A DNA stretch of 64,000 nucleotides. Origin: an uncultured virus (IMG/VR IMGVR_UViG_3300046692_000582) (taxonomy: Duplodnaviria > Heunggongvirae > Uroviricota > Caudoviricetes). The translations under genes and the position numbers were made by a program. The stretch is taken from the IMG/VR virus record IMGVR_UViG_3300046692_000582. One strand, 5' to 3'. Below the pieces are notes generated by a model that did not search any database, was not told the DNA's origin, and worked only from the letters and a program-made list of their open reading frames with translations. Shown here in pieces: positions 9,938 to 19,603 of this stretch; position 1 is the first letter of the stretch, and every line of letters begins with the position of its first letter.

Positions 9938-10312
9938 TTATGAATGTGTTGGTTTAATTTGCATGGCATTCTTATGAGCGATCACTTTCTGTCTAAGCTG
10001 TCCGTCTTTCTTAAAAAGCTGAGTCAGTTGCTCGTCATATTCTTTTGCGCGCTGTAGGCATGAATCCCGAAATCCATCAGTGAGCATGTCAGCTATTTCG
10101 ATTTTATGCTCTTTAAAAACGTTGGTAACCTCATCATAATCTGCACACTTAAGCATTAAATCCCTGTCGCGCTCTAATTTAATTGCCCTTTTAACGTTAG
10201 CGTCAGGTTTTTTGAGTATTTTTGAGATGATTAGGGCAAAAAAATACATTGTCACAATGACCAGCACACTGATGAGGAAGCTTAGATCCTCCATTTTAAT
10301 TTGATTTTCCAT
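9938..10312 (-). CDS. membrane-anchored coiled-coil protein, family B member 1
   Basis: N-term TM, FRDSCLQRAKEYD motif. Confidence 0.75.
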   Translation of the reverse strand: MENQIKMEDLSFLISVLVIVTMYFFALIISKILKKPDANVKRAIKLERDRDLMLKCADYDEVTNVFKEHKIEIADMLTDGFRDSCLQRAKEYDEQLTQLFKKDGQLRQKVIAHKNAMQIKPTHS

Positions 10313-10376
10313 TGGTATTCCTATTAAAATTTATTGGTTCTGTTAAAGCGGATAAAAGCCAAATTTAAGTATCATT

Positions 10377-10730
10377 TTATGATTTGTGGCTTATTTGATC
10401 GTGGTACGTATTAAGTTTGTCTTTTAGAGTCTTGTCTTTCGCTAAGATCTTATCAATATCATTTTCAAATTCTTTGGCACGAGCAAGGCATGTGCGCTGA
10501 TATTCATCATTTTGCATCGCTGCAAAAACTTGCCCTTCACTCTTCAATTTTGTTGCTATTTCTCCAAAGTTCTTTGCTTTATCTAGCATTATTTTTTTGG
10601 TATTCTCCATATAAACAGCGGCGTCTAAGCTGGTATATTTTCGATTGCTTATTACAACTGTCAGCACAGTTGTAATAATAAAAAATGCTAATATGGCAAC
10701 TATGATCAGGTGATTGTTTGAGTCATCCAT
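10377..10730 (-). CDS. family B member 2
   Basis: N-term TM, YQRTCLARAKEFE motif. Confidence 0.75.
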   Translation of the reverse strand: MDDSNNHLIIVAILAFFIITTVLTVVISNRKYTSLDAAVYMENTKKIMLDKAKNFGEIATKLKSEGQVFAAMQNDEYQRTCLARAKEFENDIDKILAKDKTLKDKLNTYHDQISHKS

Positions 10731-10848
10731 TTATATCCCCTTAATTCAAATTAATTATTATAATCCTCTATCTTTTTAGGTATGAAGGACCGGTTCGTAA
10801 ACTAGCTTACGCTAACCCCACTGCTTTGCTGGCTTGAATTTTGAGATG

Positions 10849-11220
10849 TTAACCCTGGTTATTTTGATTTTTGTACGTCTCAAGTCTGTCTTTAAGGTTG
10901 GGGTTTTTATTCAATAGCTTACCAATTACATCATCGCAGTCATGTGCGCGAGCAAGGCATCGATCACGATAATCTTCGCTTTGTATTGCGGCCAGTTCAC
11001 GACCTTCACTATGAAGAACTAGAGCGCGCTCTCCATGATGCTTTGCCTTTTTCATCAATTCTACTTTCGCATCCTCCAAGCCAACCGCTTGTTCTAGCGC
11101 TGTGGTCTTTGTTATCAAATGTATGATTGTCAATAAAAACAAAAATACGCATAAAATAAAAAACCCACTTTTAAGAAAATGCTCAACATCAAATTCCATA
11201 TTTCCTCCGTTCATTAACAT
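10849..11220 (-). CDS. family B member 3
   Basis: N-term TM, YRDRCLARAHDCD motif. Confidence 0.75.
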   Translation of the reverse strand: MLMNGGNMEFDVEHFLKSGFFILCVFLFLLTIIHLITKTTALEQAVGLEDAKVELMKKAKHHGERALVLHSEGRELAAIQSEDYRDRCLARAHDCDDVIGKLLNKNPNLKDRLETYKNQNNQG

Positions 11221-11267
11221 TATTAAATTAGCGCGATCTGCTTCTGTTAACGGATTGTCTTCATTCG

Positions 11268-11930
11268 TTATCGTTGCGAATTTAGGACGTTCCAGATATA
11301 CGTTTCTTTATCATCCGGAGACTGGACACAACCAAAAGTTGCATTGGTCAATGTCGAGGCTTTGAGGTTAATCATTTCACACAACTCCTTGTTAATTGGC
11401 CTGCGCTCAACCGATTTGATCGTGACTGCGGACTTGCCAACAAACCCCCACTCAACTTCGGGATAGGTCAATAGGCGAGGAGTGTCTGTAAATACCCGCT
11501 GCAACTGCGCGAATGCGTTATCGGCAGAAAAATCGATTGAGCTTGCCTGATCACTGGTTTTAGCGGGATAGGCATTACTCATTAGATCCATGTTGTACAA
11601 AATATCAGTGGCAAGTCGAGCATTATTGTTAACTGCCAGTTCATTGATCTCTTGTTTGTACCCAACCGATGAATCTTCGTCAGCGTCGTTCATGTAGCCC
11701 AGGATGCCTGCCAAGCAAAGGATGCCGATCAACGGATTTTCAACCATCAGGGTCTTTAGGCGTAGAAGAATGCGCGTGTCAGATTTAATCAAATACCTGG
11801 AAAAAAGAATTGCCAGAACCACCAGTAACCCGAAAATAATCCACCACATAACCATTCTTCCCGTATTTATTCGGCTTACTGAGGGTAAGTCTTCGAAATT
11901 TATTAATGAGCTTTTGCTTGCTCTCTGCAA
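11268..11930 (-). CDS. membrane-anchored exported protein
   Basis: two hydrophobic segments, C-terminal Cys pair; true start probably internal. Confidence 0.55.
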   Translation of the reverse strand: MQRASKSSLINFEDLPSVSRINTGRMVMWWIIFGLLVVLAILFSRYLIKSDTRILLRLKTLMVENPLIGILCLAGILGYMNDADEDSSVGYKQEINELAVNNNARLATDILYNMDLMSNAYPAKTSDQASSIDFSADNAFAQLQRVFTDTPRLLTYPEVEWGFVGKSAVTIKSVERRPINKELCEMINLKASTLTNATFGCVQSPDDKETYIWNVLNSQR

Positions 11931-12040
11931 ATAATATATGATGAATCAAATAACGGTCAACCAGCATAACTCACGGCATCAAAATGATTTGTGTTAAGGG
12001 CGACCTATGTATCTCACTGACTTAATAATTTGGAAACAAC

Positions 12041-12802
12041 ATGAAGCGCTCTGTATTAATTTTTGCTTTATTGTCATCTTTAGTAGCATCACTCGCTGGT
12101 TGCAGCTCAGAATCTCCGAATGCGCCAACATCAACCACTTCATTTCGGGCTCCAGATTTTAACAAGCCAAAAGGGCTCAAAAAGGATGAAATAGGGTTTA
12201 GGAGTTCGGGAAACGACTGCGTTTTTTACGCGAAGGGTGGTTACGTGTCATTTAAATGCACGGATTTGCAGGAAGCGGATCTTGTTCAGGGGAGAGATAA
12301 TGATTTGTCGCTCACCAAAAAGGCCAAGCTGCTTGGCAAAGATTTAATACCTGTGGCTACCGCAGCCGGTCAATTTAAAGATCCTCTGGTCGTGGATATT
12401 TTTACCTCTCGAAAAGATGGTGCCTGGATTTACGCTGAAGCCAAGTCGCACATGGCTGTTGCTTCCGGCCTGCCCGCCAGCCAATCATTTTGTGGTAATG
12501 GCGTTTGCTACCTTGTTGCCGTTGAGCGCACTCAGGGGACTTCTGCACTCGAAGAGCTGCCCAGCCTAGGGCAATGCCTCTGGCGCATCGACAAGGCTGT
12601 GCCAGGGGCCTCCGTAACTGGAAAGTGCTTGGGAGATGAGTGGCTGATTAGGCTTCGCGTGCCAGGAGAAAAACAAGCCCCGCTTCCTTTACGACCAACG
12701 CCAACGCCAACGCCAACGCCAACGCCAACGCCAACAGTGAAGGCGGTTCAAGATCAAGAGATCAAGCCTATTCAGCCAATCGCACTTAAAAAAGCAGCGT
12801 AA
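12041..12802 (+). CDS. lipoprotein with Pro-Thr repeat
   Basis: lipobox LAGC; (PT)7 near C-terminus. Confidence 0.8.
   Translation: MKRSVLIFALLSSLVASLAGCSSESPNAPTSTTSFRAPDFNKPKGLKKDEIGFRSSGNDCVFYAKGGYVSFKCTDLQEADLVQGRDNDLSLTKKAKLLGKDLIPVATAAGQFKDPLVVDIFTSRKDGAWIYAEAKSHMAVASGLPASQSFCGNGVCYLVAVERTQGTSALEELPSLGQCLWRIDKAVPGASVTGKCLGDEWLIRLRVPGEKQAPLPLRPTPTPTPTPTPTPTVKAVQDQEIKPIQPIALKKAA
12695..12736 (+). repeat. (CCAACG)6+CCAACA coding microsatellite
   Basis: seen directly. Confidence 0.95.
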
Positions 12803-12813
12803 GGAGCTTCCGC

Positions 12814-13095
12814 ATGACATCAGTCTACAAAGAAAAGGATTACGAGATAAGTTCGGTGCAGTACATGTGCCACCCAGAAACGTGCTGTCATGATGCGCAC
12901 CACCCTTATGCTGCTGTTTATCTGCCTGAGAATAAGGGCATAGCATGGGGCTCTGAAAAAGAGTGTCTTGAGGGTATTGAGTTTGACAAGCAGCACCGCA
13001 AATTCCGTGCCGCTTACCCGTTTATGAAGCTAAATCCGGCGTGGCGAGATGTCAGTGTGGCCGGTGAGAAGCCACGCCTTCGTGGCCGTTCCTAA
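12814..13095 (+). CDS. hypothetical protein
   Basis: AAGGAG RBS; CHPETCCH motif. Confidence 0.65.
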   Translation: MTSVYKEKDYEISSVQYMCHPETCCHDAHHPYAAVYLPENKGIAWGSEKECLEGIEFDKQHRKFRAAYPFMKLNPAWRDVSVAGEKPRLRGRS

Positions 13096-13217
13096 CCTTT
13101 TTAGGCGACCGCTGCGCGAATCATCCAGTGGCTCCTGGTTGTCTCGCAGACATCGCAATGAACAACGCCCTGAGCTGATGCCAGGGCGTTTTAGGTTCTT
13201 CAAGGTTGGCTTGGTGG

Positions 13218-13463
13218 TTAAGCGCTCAGGGCTTTTGCCGATTTCATTTGCACCCACATCCAGCCGAACAATTCTTCTTTCGATACGGTGACTTTTCGAT
13301 CTTCCGAGCAGCCGGGGAAATTGTAGGTAACGTGCCAGCGCCCGTCTTCCTCATAGTGCCGGTAGATTGATTTCACTGCCCCTTCATGCTCGACCTCACT
13401 GTTGTTACGTGGGTCGCTCAAATAGTCTTTGAGTAGCACTTCAAAATCATCCATTGTCATCAT
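13218..13463 (-). CDS. hypothetical protein
   Basis: GGAG RBS. Confidence 0.6.
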   Translation of the reverse strand: MMTMDDFEVLLKDYLSDPRNNSEVEHEGAVKSIYRHYEEDGRWHVTYNFPGCSEDRKVTVSKEELFGWMWVQMKSAKALSA

Positions 13464-13540
13464 CTCCCGCGTAATTTTTTGAATTCTTTGATGACGCCAG
13501 GATTGTTAAATCCTAGCGTCAGGTGCTGTCAGCATCGTTT

Positions 13541-14047
13541 TCAGGCCTTGATTGGCTTGTACTGCTCATACCGATAAATAATCCAGTCAAGGTAGTGCTC
13601 CACCTCGACGATGAAGGTGAAGTCATCACTGGTTTGAAGCTCGTCACCGTTGCCGGTTTTGAACTCCACCGCGATGTCGCCTTCTGGCGAGAGGAAAACA
13701 TTAATCCCGTCAGTGATTTCGACGATACCATTCGATGATCCCGCAGGCTTAACAATGCGTTTGACGTTAAACCCTTTTGAGACCAATTGATCGGCCATTT
13801 TCTGTAGCGTAACCGGGTTCATTTTCTTGGATGCCCCAAATTTCTGGAAGCACTCGACAAAAATGGTGGGGGTTTTCTCGACCAGCTTTTCTTTGATCAG
13901 TTGCAGAAGAACTGCACGAACTTCACGCCAGTCCTTCACCTCGATGCTTTTACCCACCTGATTTGAAATTTCAGTCCAGTGTTTCGGCTCATCGTTGATG
14001 GTAGACAGAAGAATTTCACGGCATTTGGCTTGATCAGCTGGGCTCAT
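13541..14047 (-). CDS. hypothetical protein, possible N-terminal winged helix
   Basis: helix-helix-LIKEKLVEK pattern; own promoter upstream. Confidence 0.6.
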   Translation of the reverse strand: MSPADQAKCREILLSTINDEPKHWTEISNQVGKSIEVKDWREVRAVLLQLIKEKLVEKTPTIFVECFQKFGASKKMNPVTLQKMADQLVSKGFNVKRIVKPAGSSNGIVEITDGINVFLSPEGDIAVEFKTGNGDELQTSDDFTFIVEVEHYLDWIIYRYEQYKPIKA

Positions 14048-14310
14048 TGGGCACCTGAGAATTCGTTATTTGGTTACTGGGTGATGGATTTATCATAGCT
14101 CATTAATGTCAACATGACAAACATATTTTCCGTAATCTTATGCTGATGTACGAGATTGCTTTTTACGGGTGACTGACTTCAATGTTGTACATGAACACCT
14201 GTTGCTTTTGACTATGATATTGCTTAATCGCATAGATCTACATATAATATTATGAATTTGCGGCCAGATAGATCGCTGCTTGCCATTTCTAGGATCACAG
14301 GGAGATCACC

Positions 14311-14901
14311 ATGAAGGTATGGGTGACACGTCCAAGAAGCGATGAGGTGTATTTGGGGGGCTGGCGCAGAGTTAAGTTGTGGGTAGAAAAACCACATTTT
14401 GATCATCGCCCTGCGCGTGAGGAATTTGAGTTGAAAGACCCTGAGACGGAGAAATACTTTGGCTGCGTATTCAAGGAACATGGGTGGTATAGCCGTGCTG
14501 ACTCGACTCGTGCAAAGGGATTTTTCAAGCAAGACCCTGAGATGATGAAGCGAGTTTGGCTCAAAATTTATGAGTCTTGTGTGCCTGCTGATTGCCCTGA
14601 TCCTCAGAACAAGGAGATGAACGATAAAGAGTATCGTCGCCTGTATTCTGAACCTCACTACGAGATGATTTGTTGCACGCACTGGAAGCGCTTCCTGCTG
14701 GAGATCGACTTGTATCAAAAGACGGTGACGTTGATTGAGCCCAAATCAGTTATTGATATCAATGGTCCAATTGGGACTTATCCTATGACCCGTGAGCTTT
14801 CGGCATCTTACTTTGTTGACGAGGACATGAGCAGGCCTTTTTTCTTTGACGATCCGCAATTTAAGCATTTTAAGCACTGTGACAAGAGACAGACTTTGTG
14901 A
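14311..14901 (+). CDS. paralogue family C member 1
   Basis: MKVWVTRPRSDEVYLGG...THWKRFLLE shared with 35068-35655. Confidence 0.8.
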   Translation: MKVWVTRPRSDEVYLGGWRRVKLWVEKPHFDHRPAREEFELKDPETEKYFGCVFKEHGWYSRADSTRAKGFFKQDPEMMKRVWLKIYESCVPADCPDPQNKEMNDKEYRRLYSEPHYEMICCTHWKRFLLEIDLYQKTVTLIEPKSVIDINGPIGTYPMTRELSASYFVDEDMSRPFFFDDPQFKHFKHCDKRQTL

Positions 14902-14977
14902 GGAATCGGCACGCCAATTTTATGAAAAGGTTTTGATTCTCAGTTAAGGCCTTGAGATGGCTGTTTAATGTCTAGTG

Positions 14978-15009
14978 AAAAGCCCCAGGCCTTTGCCTGG
15001 GGCTTTTTT
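14978..15009. terminator. bidirectional intrinsic terminator
   Basis: AAAAGCCCCAGGC-CTTT-GCCTGGGGCTTTT between convergent genes. Confidence 0.85.
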
Positions 15010-15011
15010 AA

Positions 15012-15584
15012 TTATCGCAAAGGCTGATATTTTTGCGCCTTGATCATTTTACGATCCAGCATGAATGACCAGTAAGCCGATTCTTTTGATGTTGGGTTTC
15101 GTACGCACAAATTGCCTTCACCCCATTCGAACATTAGGTCTTTGACAACGGCTTTCACGTCTTTGTAGACCTCGCCTTTCACAACAGCGCGATCATTGCC
15201 CAGGCGCACAATGTGAAGGATCCTCGTGCGCGGCCCGTCCTCAAGGGTCTCTTGACCCATACCGAACTTCATCAGCTCAAGTACAATGCTGTTGAAATCT
15301 TCGCCATCAGCCACCATCTCCTTGACCTGATTATTCGTATTGATCAGATCCAGAATTGCCTCAGCGTAAGATTCGGCCATGGCGAAAGGCTCGCCAATTG
15401 GATCTTGCGCGGCACCATAGCTAATGTTGTGATCGCACGTGAGTTGAGTGTCGTTGGAGGAAAAGTTCAACATGAGCGAGAACGCTTCGACTTGCTCATA
15501 TCCTTGCGGGATATAATCGACACGCGCATGGTTTTCCCCAAACCGAACGCGACGTTCAAATGTCTTTACTTCTGCCTGGATCAT
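15012..15584 (-). CDS. paralogue family A member 3
   Basis: FERR..VDYIPQGY, VRNPTSKESAYWSF. Confidence 0.75.
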   Translation of the reverse strand: MIQAEVKTFERRVRFGENHARVDYIPQGYEQVEAFSLMLNFSSNDTQLTCDHNISYGAAQDPIGEPFAMAESYAEAILDLINTNNQVKEMVADGEDFNSIVLELMKFGMGQETLEDGPRTRILHIVRLGNDRAVVKGEVYKDVKAVVKDLMFEWGEGNLCVRNPTSKESAYWSFMLDRKMIKAQKYQPLR

Positions 15585-15594
15585 GCTCAAAAGC

Positions 15595-16065
15595 CTATTT
15601 TTTCTGAGGAGTGTAAATGAAATCGAAGCGCCAAATCTCAAAGCCCGACGCTTGATTGCAGCAATCCACAATCTTTACCAGTTCGAGGTTTTCGTCACGG
15701 TGATAGTCACGCAAGAACGCCTGAATGGCGATGGCTGATCCACTACGGAAGCCGCCGGATCCGATGGGCAGTGACTTTGCGAAACAGGCGTCAAAATGTT
15801 CCCGATTCCAGCTTGCAAGGTGATCGGTGTATGAGGTGTCCAGGCGTTTTCCTTCCTCAAGCACGATTGTGCACGGATTGGTGCGTCCTCGGTATTTGGA
15901 GTTCACCCAGCGCACGTAATCGCTGAAGTTGTAGGGGTACTCGCGCTTGGAGCGTTCGATACGATTGCCTTCTGCATCGTGATTTCGACTGTCGCGGTAA
16001 ATCCCAAATTCCTCGTCGTGGATGACAAATCCATCACAATCAATGAACATCTGGCGTCGCGGCAT
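15595..16065 (-). CDS. phage-type hypothetical protein
   Basis: AGGA RBS, promoter TTGACA-16-TATAAT. Confidence 0.7.
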   Translation of the reverse strand: MPRRQMFIDCDGFVIHDEEFGIYRDSRNHDAEGNRIERSKREYPYNFSDYVRWVNSKYRGRTNPCTIVLEEGKRLDTSYTDHLASWNREHFDACFAKSLPIGSGGFRSGSAIAIQAFLRDYHRDENLELVKIVDCCNQASGFEIWRFDFIYTPQKK

Positions 16066-16118
16066 TGTTTATGTCCTGATAATTAACTATTTAGAAATTA
16101 TAATTAAAAAGCCAGCAA

Positions 16119-16135
16119 TGTCAATGCTGCTGACA
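16119..16135. promoter_or_regulatory. TGTCA-N7-TGACA operator on -35 box
   Basis: TGTCA ATGCTGC TGACA inside a 13-bp-arm IR. Confidence 0.75.
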
Positions 16136-16201
16136 TTGCTGGCGAGCTTCTAACTAAAGCTCATTGATCATAATCACAGAGTCTGGATCGCCCGGCAGAT
16201 T

Positions 16202-16912
16202 TCACAGTGTCTTTTCTTGACTGTCGATGGCGTCTTGAACCCACTTCTCCATGTCCTGCATTGACATGGAGTGGTGATGTAGGCAGGAAAAATACGGATT
16301 GATCGTCAGGTAGCGTGTTTGGATCAGTGCCCACCAGTAGTTTTCTTCGCGCTGACTTGCTTCACGAAAAACCACTTGAGGGGTGCCCTCCTTAAAATTC
16401 CGCTCAACCCAGCTTTTGGCTGCCTCTTCATTGAGGAATACGATGTCATTTCCAGCCACTTTATTGTCGCCAATGGAGACAAACACAATGGAGCCTTCGA
16501 CGACTTCAGGGGTTGGTAGATCAAGGCTGGCCAGCTCTTTGGTCAGATCGTGGTACGTCGCTCCATTCTTGGCGCGCTCTTTCACATGTTTGATGATGCC
16601 CAGGGCATCAGTCAGCGCAGCATGAAAATTCTCGATGGTGGTGATTGGGTCAATGCCCATTTTAGAGTCTTGTCCACCACTGGCGAAGCTTACGGAAAAC
16701 TCCACGGCGAGGTTCTCACACATGCAGTTTGCTTCGCTTTTCATGCGCAACGAAAGCGGTTCAAAGTTGATTCGCAGGGAGACGGCGGTATCACTCCAGT
16801 AGCCAGCCGGTTTGTAATTTACAATCACGTAGCTGAGTGGATCATTAAACTGTACGTGAGGAAAACGTTCAAACTGTGGGTTGGCTGTTGTGATGGACAT
16901 TGGTGAACTCAC
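16202..16912 (-). CDS. paralogue family A member 4
   Basis: FERF..VNYKPAGYWS, FREASQREENYWW; promoter TTGACA-17-TATACT. Confidence 0.8.
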   Translation of the reverse strand: MSSPMSITTANPQFERFPHVQFNDPLSYVIVNYKPAGYWSDTAVSLRINFEPLSLRMKSEANCMCENLAVEFSVSFASGGQDSKMGIDPITTIENFHAALTDALGIIKHVKERAKNGATYHDLTKELASLDLPTPEVVEGSIVFVSIGDNKVAGNDIVFLNEEAAKSWVERNFKEGTPQVVFREASQREENYWWALIQTRYLTINPYFSCLHHHSMSMQDMEKWVQDAIDSQEKTL

Positions 16913-16956
16913 TGATGATTGGTTAATGTGGCAAGTATAGTGGCCATCCAGCTCAA

Positions 16957-16973
16957 TGTCAATATCATTGACA
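16957..16973. promoter_or_regulatory. TGTCA-N7-TGACA operator on -35 box
   Basis: TGTCA ATATCAT TGACA. Confidence 0.75.
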
Positions 16974-17041
16974 TCACTTCAGAATGTCTTGGCTCTGTTT
17001 CCTAAGTTGACATAATAACACTGCGGTGCTAAGTTGTTTTT

Positions 17042-17224
17042 ATCGATTCGGGCTGACTGTAATCAACGCAGATCAGAAAGACGATGGCTTGACGAAGCCG
17101 CCCTGCTCGCCTCAACCGAGGTTAGGTCAAAACGTAATCAGCACCCTCCTCCTACGTTGCTTTTTTCTCAGGCATGCAGGCGGTAATGAGCAGAGCCGTA
17201 ATCCGTGTGCATTGGAGAATTAGC
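17042..17224 (+). ncRNA. candidate structured 5' leader
   Basis: about 180-nt leader after TTGACA-17-TAAGTT with several nested stems. Confidence 0.45.
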
Positions 17225-18307
17225 ATGACCATTATCAATCGTTTTGAATCAAAAGATGAATTTCTGAAGTTTCGTGATCACGTGGCCAAGGTTTTGGCTG
17301 CCAAGAGCGTCATCTTCAAGCCACGTAAGCTTGATGAGCTGGTGGCGCAGATCGCAGGAGCTTCTGATTTCAATACAGCCCTGGCCATGTGTGCAACGCC
17401 GCCTGGACGGGTCGTCGTTGAGGCTGATCCTGATGCTAAGGGGGCCCTGACTCATGGACTTGGCTATGCGGTGCCAGCCAGCCTGACGACCAGCGTTGGT
17501 GGCTTTGCTACTCAGTTTGATGCCGCTGCGTTTTTTGAGAACTGCCTGAAGCATCACAGCTTGTTTCAGATGCTGGCGATGCTGGATAGAAAAGGCAACC
17601 CCGTTGGGATTGCAGCAGCCACCTTCATGGCCAAGAGTAATCCTGCCGTGGAGTGCATCCTTGAGGAGTGCGCAGATAAAGGTTTTAAGGTCACTGTCAC
17701 CTTCGATCTGACAAGCATTCGTGATTGGATAACCTCGTCGCATCAGTGGATTATCGCGTCTTGGTTTACATCAAGGATCACCCAGGAAACCCTTGAGCCA
17801 GTCAACTTTTACGAACTGAATCGTCAATATCCTGATCTCTGCTACCACACTGATGGAGAGCCTGACACCCAGGTATTCTTGAGCGCGATGGGTCGAGATT
17901 TTAAGCTCAAGCCCTCCCGCTCTATGAAATCCTCCAGCGGCCATTTCTTCAAATGGAGTTACCAGGGTCGCGAGCATCCAGTTCGATTTGAAACCAAAAT
18001 TGATGCCATTATCAACTTCATGGATCATATGGCTCTGGTGCTTGTTGCTGAAGGTCAGATTGATACGCCGATCAATCCGCTATTGACCCACTACATGGTG
18101 GTGGATGCGGGCGTCTGGGGCTCTGGAGCAACCCTTGAGGAAGCGCGAAGCAACAAGCCGTACTACCAGAGTGCGCCGCTGACGGCATCGACTCAGGTCT
18201 ATCGCTGTACTCCAGGAACGTACATCAATGACGATGGCGGCATTTCACGCCCCCGTAACGATCCAGCGCCGGTTCGCGTTGACCACAAGACCGGCCTGCC
18301 ACGGTAA
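17225..18307 (+). CDS. hypothetical protein with N-terminal helical domain of the glyoxalase-superfamily-annotated type
   Basis: GGAG RBS; LDELVAQIAGASDFNTALA. Confidence 0.65.
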   Translation: MTIINRFESKDEFLKFRDHVAKVLAAKSVIFKPRKLDELVAQIAGASDFNTALAMCATPPGRVVVEADPDAKGALTHGLGYAVPASLTTSVGGFATQFDAAAFFENCLKHHSLFQMLAMLDRKGNPVGIAAATFMAKSNPAVECILEECADKGFKVTVTFDLTSIRDWITSSHQWIIASWFTSRITQETLEPVNFYELNRQYPDLCYHTDGEPDTQVFLSAMGRDFKLKPSRSMKSSSGHFFKWSYQGREHPVRFETKIDAIINFMDHMALVLVAEGQIDTPINPLLTHYMVVDAGVWGSGATLEEARSNKPYYQSAPLTASTQVYRCTPGTYINDDGGISRPRNDPAPVRVDHKTGLPR

Positions 18308-18381
18308 TTAAGTTCACAAAAGGCCCATCCAAAAATGGATGGGCCTTTCAAGAAAAAAAGTAAATCACCCCGAAGGGTAGG

Positions 18382-18582
18382 ATGATGAAGGTTGAAATTT
18401 ATGGCGTTAAAAACCAGTCGGAGGTCAAGGATTTCCGGCTGGATCAGCTGTATACCGTTGTATCTGAGGAAGCTAGCAACTACACCATTCTTGATGACAA
18501 AGGCAAAGAGGTTGTGGTGTCCAAACCAATGCATCGTTGCCCGCACCTTCCTATCGGCGGCTGGTGGGAATGCGTTGAGTAG
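18382..18582 (+). CDS. small hypothetical protein
   Basis: RBS, 66 aa. Confidence 0.55.
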   Translation: MMKVEIYGVKNQSEVKDFRLDQLYTVVSEEASNYTILDDKGKEVVVSKPMHRCPHLPIGGWWECVE

Positions 18583-18720
18583 CTTACAGAAACATGCGAG
18601 CCGTTACTTTAATCTGTTGAAGACTTGAGGTGGATCGTCCCTGAATGGGACTATCCACCTTAACGTTTCAGAAGGCCGTTATGTGGGTGAACACTTTCCT
18701 GGGTCGGCAGCATCTAACGC

Positions 18721-19152
18721 CTATTGATTAACTACGGACTCTTCACCGTAAATGAGATTAAACAGGGTCAGGTCGATCCGTTTTTTGAAGTGTGGGCAAT
18801 CATAATGATCGGGCACTGTTTCGCCAAAGCAGGCATGAACGATGGCCAGCGCATAGCCGTACAGAAGATCTTGCGCCAGGAAAGCCGCGCCGGACGGCAA
18901 TTGCATCCGATACATCTCTCCCTCTGGAGTGGCACTCAGCTTCAGCGTCTTCGCGGTCGGATAGAGCTGCCCGAATGCGTTATTTTGGGTGTGCGCATCC
19001 GGAGTGTCGAAGGGTCCGAATTGATGGCGGTTGACAGAAATATCGCCCTCCCAGTAATCCCACGGCACCCAGAAGTCCGGGTTGCTGTCCAGTTTTAGCG
19101 CCAGCGCCACATAAAAACTGAGCAGATTGCCTTTGAGTTCAAGTGTTTTCAT
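18721..19152 (-). CDS. phage-type hypothetical protein
   Basis: promoter TTGACA-17-TAAAAT; ELKG.LL.FYVA.A N-terminus. Confidence 0.65.
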   Translation of the reverse strand: MKTLELKGNLLSFYVALALKLDSNPDFWVPWDYWEGDISVNRHQFGPFDTPDAHTQNNAFGQLYPTAKTLKLSATPEGEMYRMQLPSGAAFLAQDLLYGYALAIVHACFGETVPDHYDCPHFKKRIDLTLFNLIYGEESVVNQ

Positions 19153-19215
19153 GTGAGGCCCGATGGATTCAATAAAGGAGATTTTATTGACGGCCTTCCT
19201 TTATGTCAATGTGAT

Positions 19216-19554
19216 TTACACTTGAGCAGTTGAAATGCAATCAGTGTGCTTATCAATGTTTCCGCCCAGGCAATTGCTTTTCCATTCAGGCCACGTGGCC
19301 ACCAGCGCAGAAGCGGCTTTGCAGTGCTCTCTCAGGCTTCGTGGAGACTCTGCCTCGTCTACCGGCGTACTGACGATGCAAGCACCCGCCAGAAGCGCAT
19401 CAATGGCCGCGAGCTGCGCATCCAAAACCGCTTGGTGATCAGGTCGATACGCAGCCAGGAGCTGTCGATGACTTTCGGCCTCGTCATGCGTGTAATCACG
19501 CAGGGTCTCGATCATTGATCGAGGGATCCCATTGAGAAATTCAGTAGTCATCAT
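19216..19554 (-). CDS. hypothetical protein
   Basis: AGGAG RBS; VATWPEWK motif. Confidence 0.65.
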   Translation of the reverse strand: MMTTEFLNGIPRSMIETLRDYTHDEAESHRQLLAAYRPDHQAVLDAQLAAIDALLAGACIVSTPVDEAESPRSLREHCKAASALVATWPEWKSNCLGGNIDKHTDCISTAQV

Positions 19555-19603
19555 TTAGCTCCTGGCATTAACGTGAAATTATTATAGCATTTCACGGGCG
19601 ATC

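Noticed and set aside
12695..12736. phase-variation tract
   Set aside because: The 6-bp unit keeps frame; ordinary Pro-Thr linker.
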